Positions 29,720 through 42,572 of a DNA stretch of 64,000 nucleotides are shown here, piece after piece; position 1 is the stretch's first letter; the number at the start of each line of letters is the position of its first letter. Both the position numbers and the translations under genes were made by a program. The notes under the pieces are model-generated. The model had not been told where the DNA came from. It saw only the letters and a program-made list of their open reading frames with translations, and searched no databases. Source of the DNA: an uncultured Gemmatimonadales bacterium (GTDB lineage Bacteria > Gemmatimonadota > Gemmatimonadetes > Gemmatimonadales > Gemmatimonadaceae); assembly GCA_963701965.1 (NCBI GenBank), contig OY969695.1, positions 4,032,001-4,096,000 of the forward strand, in the 5' to 3' direction.

Positions 29720-30029
29720 ACGAGCTGTTGCGGGAGCGGATCGACCGGCAACTCGACGCCTTGACTGACGAGCGCCTGTATCAGGTGCTCGATTACGTCG
29801 AGTTTCTGAGCTCCCGGTATGCGGAGCGGCAGAACCCATCGCCGAACGCGTTTCAGCGCTTCGCCGAGGGCGTCGAAGACCGGTTGCGCGCGGGGCGCAT
29901 TTCCACCGCGACCATCGCCGAGACCATGAATCTCTTGAATCGCGCCATGGGGGTACTGGGTGGAGTCGCGGCAGCTGGCAAGTCTGTTGCAACGGACTTG
30001 GTCGATGCCGTCAACAAGGAGAACAACAA

Positions 30030-30033
<4 letters not shown>
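29716..30033 (+). CDS. hypothetical protein (DUF2281-like N-terminus)
   Basis: LTDERLYQVLDYVEFL; GTG overlaps the upstream TGA. Confidence 0.65.
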
Positions 30034-32034
<2,001 letters not shown>

Positions 32035-32051
32035 CCCTCTAAGGAGAACGC

Positions 32052-33531
32052 ATGGCCCTCGGGTCGACGAAAAGCATCGCGCAGCTGCAGACTGAAGCTG
32101 CCGACGAAGGAAGCCACAGTCTCCAACGCGTCCTGACGGCCACCAACCTTACATTGTTGGGCATCGGCGCCATCATCGGCGCCGGTATTTTCGTGCTGAC
32201 CGGTCACGCCGCCGCCGACAACGCCGGGAACGCGGTGGTCCTGTCGTTCGCCTTTGCCTTCTTTGGCTGCTTGTTCGCCGGCCTCTGCTACGCGGAGTTC
32301 GCGTCGGTCGTGCCGATCGCTGGGAGCGCCTACACCTACGCCTACGCGACGCTCGGCGAGTTCATGGCGTTCGTCATCGGTTGGAACCTCGTGCTGGAGT
32401 ATTTGTTCGGCGCGGCGACGGTCGGCGTGGGTTGGTCGGGCTACTTTGTCGATTTCATGAGCAAGATGGGCGTCCATTTGCCGGCGGCCTTTTCGCAGGC
32501 TCCGGTCGCCTGGGACGACGCTGCTGGTCGGCTCATGGTGGTGCACGGGGGCATCATCAACTTGCCCGCGTTCCTGCTGGTCATGGCCATCACCGCGGTC
32601 CTGTGTGTCGGCATCAAGGAGTCGGCGAAATTCAATAACATCGTCGTCTTCATCAAGCTCGCGATCGTCCTCCTCGTCATCGGCGTCGGCTTCTTCTTCG
32701 TCAACACGGCGAATTGGCACCCGTTCATCGCGCCGAGCTCCGGCACGTTCGGCAAGTTCGGTTGGAGCGGTGTGGTGCGAGGCGCCGCGGTCGTGTTCTT
32801 TGCGTATATCGGTTTCGACGCCGTCTCCACCGCCGCCCAGGAAGCGAAGAATCCCCAGCGCGATCTCCCGATCGCCATGCTGGCTTCTCTGGTCATCTGT
32901 ACCGTGTTGTACGTGCTCATGTCCCTCGTCCTCACGGGACTTGTGCCGTACACCCAACTCGACGTTCCCCACCCGGTCGCCTACGCCCTGGGCCGGATCC
33001 CGCAACTCGCCTGGTTGGAGATCTTCACCGACGTCGGCGCCATTGCGGGCCTCGCGTCCGTCGTCCTCGTCATGCTCATGGGCCAGTCGCGGGTGTTCTA
33101 CTCCATGTCGCGCGACGGCCTCCTGCCGCCGGCGTTCGGTATGGTCCACCCCAAGTTCCGCACGCCATACGTGACGACCATCATCACCGGTACGGTCGCG
33201 GCGCTCGTCGCGGCCATCTTCCCCATCGACATCCTGGGCGAGCTGGTCTCGATCGGGACGCTGTTGGCGTTCACGATCGTGTGCGTAGGCGTGATCGTCC
33301 TGCGGGTACGCCGCCCGGACTTGCATCGGCCGTTCAAGACGCCACTCGTCCCGCTCGTCCCACTTCTCGGGATCGGGTGCTGCCTCGGCCTCATGGGCTT
33401 CCTGCCGCGCGCGACATGGCTCCGGCTGGTCATTCTGGATGCTGATCGGGTTCGTCGTGTACTTCGGGTATGGGCGCTATCATTCGAAAATGGCCATTGA
33501 ACGCGAACCCAGCCTGGCTCCCGCCGACTGA
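32052..33531 (+). CDS. APC-family amino acid permease; +1 frameshift near 33433
   Basis: GIGAIIGAGIF, FFAYIGFDAVST; removing one T restores the typical end IWMLIGFVVYFGYG...*. Confidence 0.9.
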
Positions 33532-34616
33532 CGGTTCTGACATCGACACCCGATCTCTTGGCGGTTCCTCCCAGGCGAGGAACCGCCGCCCGCGGGCTGG
33601 CGGCTGAGCTTCGCCCAGGCCGCACGGTCGCACTTTCGACCCATATCAATGCCGATGGCGATGGATGTGGGTCGGAGGTGGCGCTCGCGCACCTGCTGCG
33701 GCAGCTCGGCCTCAGCGTGCGTATCGTCAATCCCACGCCGTGGCCCTCGGCGTTTGACTTCTTGCTGGGCGCCGGTGTCGTAGATCGTTCCGCGGAGGGA
33801 CCGGCCGCCCTGGCGGGAGTGGATGTCATGCTGGTCGTCGACATCGGCGACGTGCGGCGGCTGGGCGTGCTCGCGGATACCGTACGATCGCTGGCGATTC
33901 CCAAGTTGGTGATCGACCATCACGAAGCCGGCGACGAGCCGCCTGGGCCGATCGCCATGATCGACGCCACCGCGTGCGCCACCGGAGAGCTCGTGTACGA
34001 CCTGGCGGTCACCCTCGGCCTCCCGATCTCCACGCCGGCGGCCGTGGCGCTGTACACGGCGATGCTCACGGATACGGGCGGGTTCCGCTTCAGCAACACG
34101 TCGCCCCGGTGCCACGCGATCGCCGGCCAGCTACTGGCGGCGGGCGTCAACCCCGAGGAGATGTATCGCCGCGTGTATGCGTCGGTGCCGCTTGGGCGCT
34201 TGCAGCTCCTGCGCGAAGCGCTGGATACCCTGGAGGTCGATCCCCAATACGCGATCGCCTGGATCTCCGTGAGCGCGGGCGCTATGGAGCGATACGCCCT
34301 CAAGTCCGAGGATCTCGACGGGATCGTCGAGCACCCGCGGTCGATCGCGGGCACCCGGCTCGCGGTCTTTTTTCGCGATCTCGGTCACGGGAAGATCAAA
34401 GTGTCGTTCCGGAGTACCGGCGCCGTCGACGTCAATCGCTTCGCGCGCGCGTTCGGCGGGGGCGGTCACGCCCGGGCGTCCGGGGCGTTGATCCCCGGCA
34501 GCCTGGACGATGTGCGGACGCGCGTCCTGGATGCGGCGCGGGCGTTCGTCCGCCAATATGATGATGGTGCCATCGGGCGCGAGGACGCCCCGGCGGATGG
34601 CGCGCTCTCGATTTAA
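33528..34616 (+). CDS. nrnA: DHH/DHHA1 oligoribonuclease / pAp phosphatase
   Basis: HINADGD, IDHH, TDTGGF, GGGHARASG; start is CTG 33528 or TTG 33558. Confidence 0.88.
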   Translation: MTVLTSTPDLLAVPPRRGTAARGLAAELRPGRTVALSTHINADGDGCGSEVALAHLLRQLGLSVRIVNPTPWPSAFDFLLGAGVVDRSAEGPAALAGVDVMLVVDIGDVRRLGVLADTVRSLAIPKLVIDHHEAGDEPPGPIAMIDATACATGELVYDLAVTLGLPISTPAAVALYTAMLTDTGGFRFSNTSPRCHAIAGQLLAAGVNPEEMYRRVYASVPLGRLQLLREALDTLEVDPQYAIAWISVSAGAMERYALKSEDLDGIVEHPRSIAGTRLAVFFRDLGHGKIKVSFRSTGAVDVNRFARAFGGGGHARASGALIPGSLDDVRTRVLDAARAFVRQYDDGAIGREDAPADGALSI

Positions 34617-34628
34617 CTTTCCTGGTGT

Positions 34629-34886
34629 ATGCCGAAAGCCGGGAAAGTGGTCATCGAAACGCGCATTCGCGACGTCATCGCGACGCTCCAGCCGCTGCTG
34701 CGCGTCGAGCCGGAGTCCGGCTGCGTCGAGCTCGTCGGATTCGATGTCGCGTCCGGCGTTGCCCGCGTGCGGGTGTCCGGTGGCTGCCCCGACTGTGATA
34801 TGTCGGCCGCGGCACTCATCCGTGGCATCGAGGCGCACTTGATGCAGCGGATCCCCGAGATCCGCGCCGTCTTGGCCGAAAGCTGA
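34629..34886 (+). CDS. NifU C-terminal (Nfu) domain protein
   Basis: GGCPDC...GIE..L...IPEI..V. Confidence 0.8.
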   Translation: MPKAGKVVIETRIRDVIATLQPLLRVEPESGCVELVGFDVASGVARVRVSGGCPDCDMSAAALIRGIEAHLMQRIPEIRAVLAES

Positions 34887-34893
34887 CCCTGGA

Positions 34894-36009
34894 ATGAACG
34901 AAAATCTGCAGGACCGCCTTCGCGCCGCTTTGGCGCGTATTCATAACCCCCGTCTCGGCACCGACGTCCTCGCGGGCGAGATGGTGCGCGACATTGCCAT
35001 CACCACGGACGGGCGCGTACGCCTCACGCTGCTCTTGAGCGCGGAGGACGACGCGACGTTGGTCCGCGACGTCTACGCCGCCGTCGCCGGCGTCGAGGGA
35101 GTGACGGACGTGCGGGTCGATCCCAAGCCCGCCGCCACCGCGGCGCCGAGCCCATCGCGCCGCGCCCTTCCGGTGATGGATGCCGCGCCCAAGGCGCCGC
35201 CGCGCGCGGCCGCCCCGACGCCCAGTGAGTTCCCGGCCCTCGGCCGGATCATCGCCGTGTCGAGCGGCAAAGGCGGCGTCGGCAAGTCGACCGTCGCCGT
35301 CAATCTCGCCGTCGCGCTCTCCAACGGGGGCGCCCGCGTCGGGCTCATGGACGCCGACATCTACGGGCCGAACGTGCCGCGGATGCTCGGGGTCGGCGCC
35401 GCGCCGCCGGTGGTCGACCAGCGCATCATGCCGCTGGTCGCACACGGGATCAAGACGATCAGCCTCGGTCTCCTCATTCCCCGCGACCAGCCGGCCATCT
35501 GGCGGGGCCCGATCGTCATGAAGATCATTGGCCAATTTCTGCGCGACGTCGAGTGGGGCCAGCTCGACTATCTGATCGTCGACATGCCCCCGGGCACGGG
35601 CGACGCCCAGCTCTCGCTCGTGCAGTCGGCGCGTGTCGCCGGCGCGCTCATCGTCACGACGCCGCAGGAAGTCGCCGCGGGTGATGCGTTGCGCGGCGTG
35701 AAGATGTTCGAGCGTGTCAACGTGCCGGTCCTCGGCATTGTCGAGAACATGAGTTGGTTCGCCTGCCCGCATTGCGGCAAGCCGTCGCCGATCTTTGGCG
35801 AGGGCGGGGGCGAGCGCCTCGCGGCCGAAGTCGGTCTCCCGCTCCTGGCCCAGATCCCGCTCGACCCGCGGATCGTCATGGGAGGCGATACCGGCGTGCC
35901 CATCGTCGTCGCGGCGCCCGGATCCGGCGCCGCCACCGCGATCACCGCGCTCGCCGACCGCGTGAGGGCCGCCATTCGCGACATCGTTCCGACTGCTGTG
36001 CCGGCGTGA
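34894..36009 (+). CDS. mrp: Mrp/NBP35 (ApbC) Fe-S carrier ATPase
   Basis: SGKGGVGKST, DADIYGP, DMPPGTGD, ENMS..CPHC. Confidence 0.92.
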   Translation: MNENLQDRLRAALARIHNPRLGTDVLAGEMVRDIAITTDGRVRLTLLLSAEDDATLVRDVYAAVAGVEGVTDVRVDPKPAATAAPSPSRRALPVMDAAPKAPPRAAAPTPSEFPALGRIIAVSSGKGGVGKSTVAVNLAVALSNGGARVGLMDADIYGPNVPRMLGVGAAPPVVDQRIMPLVAHGIKTISLGLLIPRDQPAIWRGPIVMKIIGQFLRDVEWGQLDYLIVDMPPGTGDAQLSLVQSARVAGALIVTTPQEVAAGDALRGVKMFERVNVPVLGIVENMSWFACPHCGKPSPIFGEGGGERLAAEVGLPLLAQIPLDPRIVMGGDTGVPIVVAAPGSGAATAITALADRVRAAIRDIVPTAVPA

Positions 36010-37412
36010 CCCCGGGCGACGCCGCGCTGCCGGTCGATCTCTACGACGGCGCGGTCCCGGTCGCTGTCACCGGGGGCGCCGAGGCGGCGTCGCTCATCAC
36101 CGATCCGCTCCCCAGCGTCGTGTGGCGCGTCGGCGTTCCTGCCGTCGCGTCCAACCTCCTGATGATCGTATTCAGCGCCGTCGACGCGTTCTGGGTCGGA
36201 CGGCGCCTGGGCGCCACGGCGCTGGCCGCGGTCACGACGTCGCTGTTTTGGATCTGGCTGTTCATCTCGATCGCCGAGATGGTCGGCGTCGGGCTCACGG
36301 CGGTCGCCGCCCGCCGGCATGGTGAAGGTCGGCCCGCCGAAGCCGCGCAGGTTGTCGGCAATGCGCTGGGGTTTGCCTTAGGCCTCGGGCTCGCGGTCGC
36401 CGTCGCCGGCACGCTGGCCCTGCCGTGGTTGTTCGCCGCGATGCAGACGTCGCCATCGGTCACGGCCTTGGGCGAGACGTATCTCGGCACCTATCTCGTT
36501 GGCGCGCCGGGGATCTTTGGCTACTTCGCCGTCAATGCCGCGTTCCGCGCCCGCGGCGACACGCGCACGCCCTTCTTGCTCCTCGCGTCCTCGGTCGCCA
36601 TCACCCTCGTCCTCGATCCCATCTTGATCTTGGGCCTTGTCGGGGCGCCAAAGCTCGGCATCGCCGGCGCGGCCATCGCGACAGTCTCGGTGCGCGGGGC
36701 CGCGTGCGTCATGGGCATCATCCTGTTGCTCCGTCGCCGCCTCGTGGCGTATGGCGGTCTTGGACGCCGCGCCGCCCGCAACGTCGCCGCGATCGCCAGG
36801 ATCGGCGCGCCTACGGCGGCGACCGGTGTGTTGTTCAGTCTGATCTATGTCGCGGTCACCCGCACCGCGACCCGATTCGGCACACCGGCGCTGGCCGCTA
36901 TGGGCCTCGGGTTTCGCGTCGAGAGCTGGATCTACGTCATCGGCGTTGGCTTTGGCGCGGCGGCCGCCGCCATCGTCGGGCAGAATCTCGGCGCGGGCCG
37001 CATCGATCGCGCCGAGCGTGTGGGGTGGATCACCGTGCTCTTCGCCACGGCGCCCGCCTCGATCGCCGTCGCCGCCGAGCTTCTGTTTCCGGAGCGCCTC
37101 GCCGGGATCTTCACGCGAGATGCCGGCCTCATTGCCGAGACCGCCCACTATCTGCGCATCGCCGCGCTCTCGCAACTCTTCGTCGGCGCCGAGGTCGTGC
37201 TCGAGGGCGCGATGGGAGGGGCCGGGGATACAGTGCCGCCGATGGTCGTCTCGACCACGTTCACGGTCTCGCGCATTCCGCTCGCGGCCTGGGCCGCGGC
37301 GCATTGGGGGACCGGCGGTATCTGGGCGGTCATCTCGGCCACGGCGGCCGCGCGCGGCTTGGGGATGGCTACCCTCTGGCGCTTGGGCTGGTGGAAGCGT
37401 AAGTCGGTGTAG
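36006..37412 (+). CDS. MATE-family efflux transporter
   Basis: Multiple TMs, RGDTRTP, GQNLGAG, GAGDT. Confidence 0.9.
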   Translation: MTPGDAALPVDLYDGAVPVAVTGGAEAASLITDPLPSVVWRVGVPAVASNLLMIVFSAVDAFWVGRRLGATALAAVTTSLFWIWLFISIAEMVGVGLTAVAARRHGEGRPAEAAQVVGNALGFALGLGLAVAVAGTLALPWLFAAMQTSPSVTALGETYLGTYLVGAPGIFGYFAVNAAFRARGDTRTPFLLLASSVAITLVLDPILILGLVGAPKLGIAGAAIATVSVRGAACVMGIILLLRRRLVAYGGLGRRAARNVAAIARIGAPTAATGVLFSLIYVAVTRTATRFGTPALAAMGLGFRVESWIYVIGVGFGAAAAAIVGQNLGAGRIDRAERVGWITVLFATAPASIAVAAELLFPERLAGIFTRDAGLIAETAHYLRIAALSQLFVGAEVVLEGAMGGAGDTVPPMVVSTTFTVSRIPLAAWAAAHWGTGGIWAVISATAAARGLGMATLWRLGWWKRKSV

Positions 37413-37413
37413 G

Positions 37414-38178
37414 ATGCGGCCCATCGTGACGTTGCTCACCGATTTCGGCACCGCCGATGGGTACGTCGGTGAGGTCAAGGGCGTGCTGGCGGCCCTGGTT
37501 CCCGACGTCGCGATCGTCGACATCACCCACGACGTGCCGCCGCAGGACATCGAGGCCGGCCGGTTGGCCATCGCCCGGTACTGGCGACGGTTTCCGGAGA
37601 ACACGGTGCACGTGGCGGTCGTCGATCCCGGTGTTGGCGGGCCGCGGGCTGCCCTCGCCGTGTCGGCCGCGGGGCGCTATCTCGTGGGGCCGGACAACGG
37701 GCTCTTGTCGCCCGCGCTACTCACCCCCGAGACACGAGCCGTCGCGTTGCCGATACCGCCGGGCGCGTCCGCGACTTTCCACGGTCGCGATGTCTTCGCG
37801 CCGGCGGCGGCGCGGCTGGCGTTGGGCGATGGCATCGGCATGCTCGGTGCGCCCGCATCGGCGCCCGTCACGCGGCGCACGCCGGAGCCTCGTCGGGGTG
37901 CCGACGGCGCGTTGCATGGGGTGGTCCTGACGATCGACCGATTCGGCAACGCCATCACGAACATTCTGCCGCTCGGTCGGCCGGGAATCATCGAGATCGG
38001 AGCCCGCGCGCTGGACATCGTGCGGTCCTACGCCGAGGCGCCGCGCGGCGGGGTCGTCGCCGTGTGCGGGTCGAGCGGCTTGATCGAGATCGCCGAGCGC
38101 GACGGCGACGCGGCCCGCGCGCTGGGACTCACGCGCGGGACGCCGGTGGTCTACCGGTTGGCGCCGCTGAACTTGTGA
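37414..38178 (+). CDS. DUF62 SAM hydrolase / chlorinase-fluorinase family
   Basis: TLLTDFG, VVDPGVG..R, GPDNG, TFHGRDVFAP, IDRFGNAITN. Confidence 0.9.
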   Translation: MRPIVTLLTDFGTADGYVGEVKGVLAALVPDVAIVDITHDVPPQDIEAGRLAIARYWRRFPENTVHVAVVDPGVGGPRAALAVSAAGRYLVGPDNGLLSPALLTPETRAVALPIPPGASATFHGRDVFAPAAARLALGDGIGMLGAPASAPVTRRTPEPRRGADGALHGVVLTIDRFGNAITNILPLGRPGIIEIGARALDIVRSYAEAPRGGVVAVCGSSGLIEIAERDGDAARALGLTRGTPVVYRLAPLNL

Positions 38179-39083
38179 TCGACTTGGATCGCGCCCAGCG
38201 TTGATCCACCCGCGATGTGCAGGGTGTACTTCGCGGGCACTGGCGCCGCTTTGGCGACCTTCGCGGCTTTCGCCCTGTGCGTCGCTGCCGCCGCGGCGCT
38301 GTCGTCTTCGTCGTCGTCGGACGAAGCGGAGTCGTCGGCGGTCGCCGTCTCATTGCTCTCGGTGACGGCACCGAGGAGCGCTTTGGCGTTCATCTCCACG
38401 CGGACGTCGTCCGGCACGTGGATGTCGAGTGAGCCCAGCGCGACCTTGGCGTCGAGCGTGATATCGCCGCTCCACTGGCCGTCGAAGCTCAGGTCGAAGT
38501 CGCCCACACCGGCGCGCAGCGAGATGTGATTCGTGCGCGCGTTCGCCAGTCCCTTGGCCTGGAATCCTGCCGCGCCCACTTCCAGCCGCATCTCATCCAT
38601 GTGCGTAGTGTTCGCGCTATCGAACTGAATCGTCGCGTCGGAGGCGCCGGTCTTGACCACCAGTTTCTGAATAGCCAGACCGCCCAGTCGCGCCTTGGCA
38701 TCCGCGGCGCCGATCTCCAGCGTCAGGTCCAGCGGCACGCCGCGCGCGAGCCCGACGCGAAGCTCGTTCTTGTCCGCGTTATCGCCGGGGATCGAGAAAG
38801 TGCGCGAGCCCATCCCCAGCTTGAGCGTGTGCGCCGTCGGATTGTAGGTCGCTTCCGGCGTCGTCGCGCCCGCGGGATAGCGCATCCACATGTGATAGAG
38901 GTCGGAGCCCGCGGCGGGTGCCAGCGTGAACGTCCCCGCGCCGTACACGATGCGCGTGTTCAGCGGGGCCGAGTCGCGTACCTGGCGTGCGACTTCGAAC
39001 GTGCGGAACTCCTGGGCGGCCAAAGAGCCCGAGACCCAGGTCACAGCCGCCAACGCCAGAGGCGCGAAGCGTACGGTCGCCAT
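38151..39083 (-). CDS. exported beta-solenoid protein (LiaF/LiaG/toast-rack-like)
   Basis: Signal peptide; repeated xGAx beta turns; acidic low-complexity insert. Confidence 0.6.
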   Translation of the reverse strand: MATVRFAPLALAAVTWVSGSLAAQEFRTFEVARQVRDSAPLNTRIVYGAGTFTLAPAAGSDLYHMWMRYPAGATTPEATYNPTAHTLKLGMGSRTFSIPGDNADKNELRVGLARGVPLDLTLEIGAADAKARLGGLAIQKLVVKTGASDATIQFDSANTTHMDEMRLEVGAAGFQAKGLANARTNHISLRAGVGDFDLSFDGQWSGDITLDAKVALGSLDIHVPDDVRVEMNAKALLGAVTESNETATADDSASSDDDEDDSAAAAATHRAKAAKVAKAAPVPAKYTLHIAGGSTLGAIQVDHKFSGANR

Positions 39084-40564
39084 TATTGCACCAATGGTCC
39101 GGGTGGGGCCGGCGTCGGCCGGCGCGCGGCGGTGACGCCGGCGACCGGGGTCGGCGTCTGCCAGCCAATGTTGTCGCCCGCCGGACCAGTGGCCGGCGCC
39201 AACTGCCGCGACCGGCGCGCATCCTGCCGCGCCACGATGACCGCGCCAAACCCCGCCATGATCGCCGTGGCCGTCGCTGATGCCGCGATCCCGCGCAGGA
39301 TCGCTCCCGCGGCCGGGAGTCGGCCCAGCGCCGCGGCCAGAATCCACAGTCCCATGAAAATGCCGATGCCGGTCACGAGCCCCCGGAGCTTGGCGCCGCG
39401 ATCGGTGAGCAGGTTGGCGCGGTGCCGGTAGAGGGCGTGGCCCGTCGTCTCCGCCACCGCGGCGAATCCCAGCACGGCCATCCCGATCACCAGCAGCACA
39501 TACCCCACGATCGCCACGGGCACGACAATGATCCCGACGATCGTGACGCAGAGCAGTACGATCACGACCACGAGCGCCGGCAGGATCGCCAGCATGCTCG
39601 CGAAGCCGATCGCCAAGGAGCGGCCGAACTGTTCCGAGAGCGCCAACGACGTCGCTTCGAGCCGGTCGCCGGCGAACGTCAGGACGCCGATGCCCAACAC
39701 CAGTGCGAGGGCGGACCAGGCGATGGCGAGCTCCAACGAACGCCAGGCCGACCGGTGCCCCGGGGTCTTGGGCGTGGAGGCGACGGCCACGGGACCGACG
39801 GCGTCGGGGAGGGAGCGCATCTCCCCATCGACGCGTCCACCGGGGGCTACGCGCACGGTGCCGTGGGCGGCGAAGGCGTTGCCTTTGACATGCGCGCCAC
39901 TGCTGATGAGCACATCGCCGCCGACGGCGATCGCATCGCCATCGATCGTCCCGGCGACGGCCAGTGGTCCACCGACGGTGGCCACGGTCCCACTGACCTC
40001 GGTGCCGCCGCCAATCGCTCGGGCGCCCGTCGAGAACGTCGTCGTGCCGGGGAGTGGGAGCGCTGCCGGGTCATGCCGAACGCGGTCGATCAGCGTGCGT
40101 TGGGCGTCGGTCATGGGACTACCCGGGGCGCCGCTCTGGCTCTCGGCCGATGGCTGGTCGTCAGTCACGACCACGGTCGACGATTCGCCGCTCGCATGGT
40201 GCCGCCGATGGGCGTCGACCAGGGCGCGATGGAAGTCGCGCTTGGCCGACGCCACGTCGCCGCTATGCGTCGTCGCCGCCCGGAGGTAGCGCTGGAGCGC
40301 AGCCTTCACGGCCGGATCATCCATCGCCTGCGGATCGCGATTCAAGACATTCTTGAATGCCGTGTCATCGAACACGTGCTGAATCTGCGATCCGATCGAC
40401 TCGCCGATCCCGGCCCATTGCACGCTGTACTTGACCCATGGCGAGACGTCGGGCACCGCGGGCACCCCCGGTACTGCGGGGGCAGTGGATGGGGTCGGTG
40501 GCGTCGGAGGCTGCTGCGCGCCAGCCGCGCCGGCAAAGACCAGCGTGAGGATCAGTGCACGCAT
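39083..40564 (-). CDS. membrane protein with bactofilin-like beta-helix and C-terminal TM bundle
   Basis: GTVATVGG..GDAIAVGGDV..GAHVKGNAFA repeats followed by multiple TMs. Confidence 0.7.
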   Translation of the reverse strand: MRALILTLVFAGAAGAQQPPTPPTPSTAPAVPGVPAVPDVSPWVKYSVQWAGIGESIGSQIQHVFDDTAFKNVLNRDPQAMDDPAVKAALQRYLRAATTHSGDVASAKRDFHRALVDAHRRHHASGESSTVVVTDDQPSAESQSGAPGSPMTDAQRTLIDRVRHDPAALPLPGTTTFSTGARAIGGGTEVSGTVATVGGPLAVAGTIDGDAIAVGGDVLISSGAHVKGNAFAAHGTVRVAPGGRVDGEMRSLPDAVGPVAVASTPKTPGHRSAWRSLELAIAWSALALVLGIGVLTFAGDRLEATSLALSEQFGRSLAIGFASMLAILPALVVVIVLLCVTIVGIIVVPVAIVGYVLLVIGMAVLGFAAVAETTGHALYRHRANLLTDRGAKLRGLVTGIGIFMGLWILAAALGRLPAAGAILRGIAASATATAIMAGFGAVIVARQDARRSRQLAPATGPAGDNIGWQTPTPVAGVTAARRPTPAPPGPLVQ

Positions 40565-40566
40565 GA

Positions 40567-41166
40567 CTAGGCGCGCCTCCGCCGCGACACAGCCGCGGCC
40601 CGAATGGCGATTATGGCTATCGCGATAACGACAACATAGAGGCTTATAGACGCCAGTAACAGCACAGTAGTGCGCTGTCCGGCTTCCTGGGCGGCCGAGC
40701 CGCCGAGCATGGCTTGAACGAGGGCAACGCCACCCGTTTCCAGGACCCGGACGACATTGGTTCGAACCATGTCGGCGAAGAAGAGCACCCCGTCCAAGTG
40801 CCCGAGCAGCCAGATAGACGCCACGGACAGCACGGCGGCGACGGACAGCGCCGCACCCCCCATAACGACCCGCATGGGGCGGGAACGGGGCGCCAGGGGC
40901 CTGACCCAGGCCACAGCGGTGTCCCGGGCGGCCACGTGCCAGGGCTCGTATACCTGCACCTGGGCCATGACCCGAGACGTAAAGTCTCCATCGGGCGCCA
41001 GCCGCGGCAGCCGCTCCAGCGCGTCCACGATGACCCGACCGTCCTCATAGGCTGCCTGGCACTGCGCGCACTCGCGCAGGTGCGCCTGGAGCGGGGCGAC
41101 GCCGAAACCCACTTCGCCGTCCAGCAGCTGGTCGATCTCGTCGGGGAGAAGATGGCGGTGATTCAT
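40567..41166 (-). CDS. zinc-binding (ZAS) anti-sigma factor
   Basis: HLRECAQC (HxxxCxxC) plus TMs; directly downstream of the ECF sigma. Confidence 0.85.
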   Translation of the reverse strand: MNHRHLLPDEIDQLLDGEVGFGVAPLQAHLRECAQCQAAYEDGRVIVDALERLPRLAPDGDFTSRVMAQVQVYEPWHVAARDTAVAWVRPLAPRSRPMRVVMGGAALSVAAVLSVASIWLLGHLDGVLFFADMVRTNVVRVLETGGVALVQAMLGGSAAQEAGQRTTVLLLASISLYVVVIAIAIIAIRAAAVSRRRRA

Positions 41167-41801
41167 GGCTCTGGAAGAAGTGTACGGGTCGTTGGTTCGT
41201 CAGGTTTCACTTCGTCGGCCAGGGCCCGCCGGAGTTCGTGCCGGGCCCTGTGGATGTAGGTCTTCACCGTCCCCAGCGGCAGGTCCAGGGTGGTCGCGAT
41301 CTCCTCGTACGACCGTCCCTCCACGTGCCGCATGAGTATGCAGGATCGGTACTCGGGGCGGAGGGCGGCGATCGCCCGCTCGATCGACGACCCCAACTCC
41401 CGCGACTCCAGGGCGTCGAGCGCGCTCGGGTTCGACGCCGCGATCTCGAACGACGTCGCTTCGATCTCGGCCGCCGTCGCGGCGTTCGGCGCGCCGGACA
41501 CGCTCACGGTCGCCAAGCGCCGTTTCCGCAGATGGTCGATCGCGACGTTGTTGCCGATCTTGAACAACCAACTGGAGAGCTTGAAGTCGGACCGGTACCG
41601 GTCGATGTGGTTGAGCGCCTTGAGAAACGTGTCCTGCGCCAACTCCTCGGCGGTTTCCCGGTCGCGGACCATCCGGAAAATCAGCGAGAACACCGGGCGC
41701 TCGTAGCGCCGGAGGATCTCGCGAAATGCGGACTCGCGTCCTTGCTGCGCGAGGGCGACAACATCCGCATCCGGGAGGTTGGCGAGATCGAACACGGCCA
41801 C
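41163..41801 (-). CDS. ECF sigma-70 factor (SigW/RpoE-like)
   Basis: AEELAQDTF, SWLFKI, SYEEIA..L..PLGTVKTYIHRAR. Confidence 0.93.
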   Translation of the reverse strand: MAVFDLANLPDADVVALAQQGRESAFREILRRYERPVFSLIFRMVRDRETAEELAQDTFLKALNHIDRYRSDFKLSSWLFKIGNNVAIDHLRKRRLATVSVSGAPNAATAAEIEATSFEIAASNPSALDALESRELGSSIERAIAALRPEYRSCILMRHVEGRSYEEIATTLDLPLGTVKTYIHRARHELRRALADEVKPDEPTTRTLLPEP

Positions 41802-41835
41802 AGCGGGGAAGCTACCGCCCGCTTACTTTTCGCGC

Positions 41836-42570
41836 ATGTCGCTCGACGTCGAGATGGCCGACGCCGTAGCTGGCGGAGCCGGGAAGCGGCGCTATGTCCG
41901 CCGCATCTTCTCGGAGATCGCCCCCCGCTACGATCTGCTGAACCATCTCCTGAGCTTCAACATCGATCGCCACTGGCGCCGGCGCGCGATCGACGCACTC
42001 GCGTGGTCGCGGCGCCCCGACGGCCTCTATGTCGATCTTTGCGCGGGCACACTCGACGTCTCGGCTGCCCTCGTCGCGCGCCCCGGCTTCGCCGGGCGCG
42101 TCGTCGCCGCCGACTTCGCGGAAGCCATGCTGCGCGCCGGTGCGTCCAAAGTCGGTCCCGCGATTCACTCGTGCGTGTCTGACGCGACCGAGCTGCCGCT
42201 CCGCGACGAGAGCGCCGCGGGCGCGATCGTCGCTTTTGGCATCCGCAATGTCGACAACCTCGACACGGCACTTCAGGAGACCTATCGCGTGCTGGCACCC
42301 GGCGCGCGCTTCGTGATCCTGGAGTTTTCGACTCCGCCCTCGGCCGTAGTCCGCGCCGCCTACCACACCTACTTTCACCACGTGCTCCCCCTGCTCGGCG
42401 CCGCCATTAGCGGCAATGGCACGGCCTACCGCTACCTGCCGCGCTCCGTCGCCCACTTTCCGTCCGCCGATGCGCTGGCCGCGCGCATGCGCGGCGTGGG
42501 CTTCGCCCACGTGCGCTGGGAACCCCTCACGCTCGGCGTCGCGGCGCTCCACGTCGGCGAGCGACCCTGA
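41836..42570 (+). CDS. menG: ubiquinone/menaquinone methyltransferase
   Basis: IAPRYDLLNHLLS, DLCAGT, AFGIRNV, ILEFS. Confidence 0.9.
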   Translation: MSLDVEMADAVAGGAGKRRYVRRIFSEIAPRYDLLNHLLSFNIDRHWRRRAIDALAWSRRPDGLYVDLCAGTLDVSAALVARPGFAGRVVAADFAEAMLRAGASKVGPAIHSCVSDATELPLRDESAAGAIVAFGIRNVDNLDTALQETYRVLAPGARFVILEFSTPPSAVVRAAYHTYFHHVLPLLGAAISGNGTAYRYLPRSVAHFPSADALAARMRGVGFAHVRWEPLTLGVAALHVGERP

Positions 42571-42572
42571 TC

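Noticed and set aside
37414..38178. SAM-dependent halogenase / natural-product cluster
   Set aside because: It retains the Asp-Arg-His residues (DPGVG..R, FHGRD) of DUF62 SAM hydrolases and lies in a housekeeping context.
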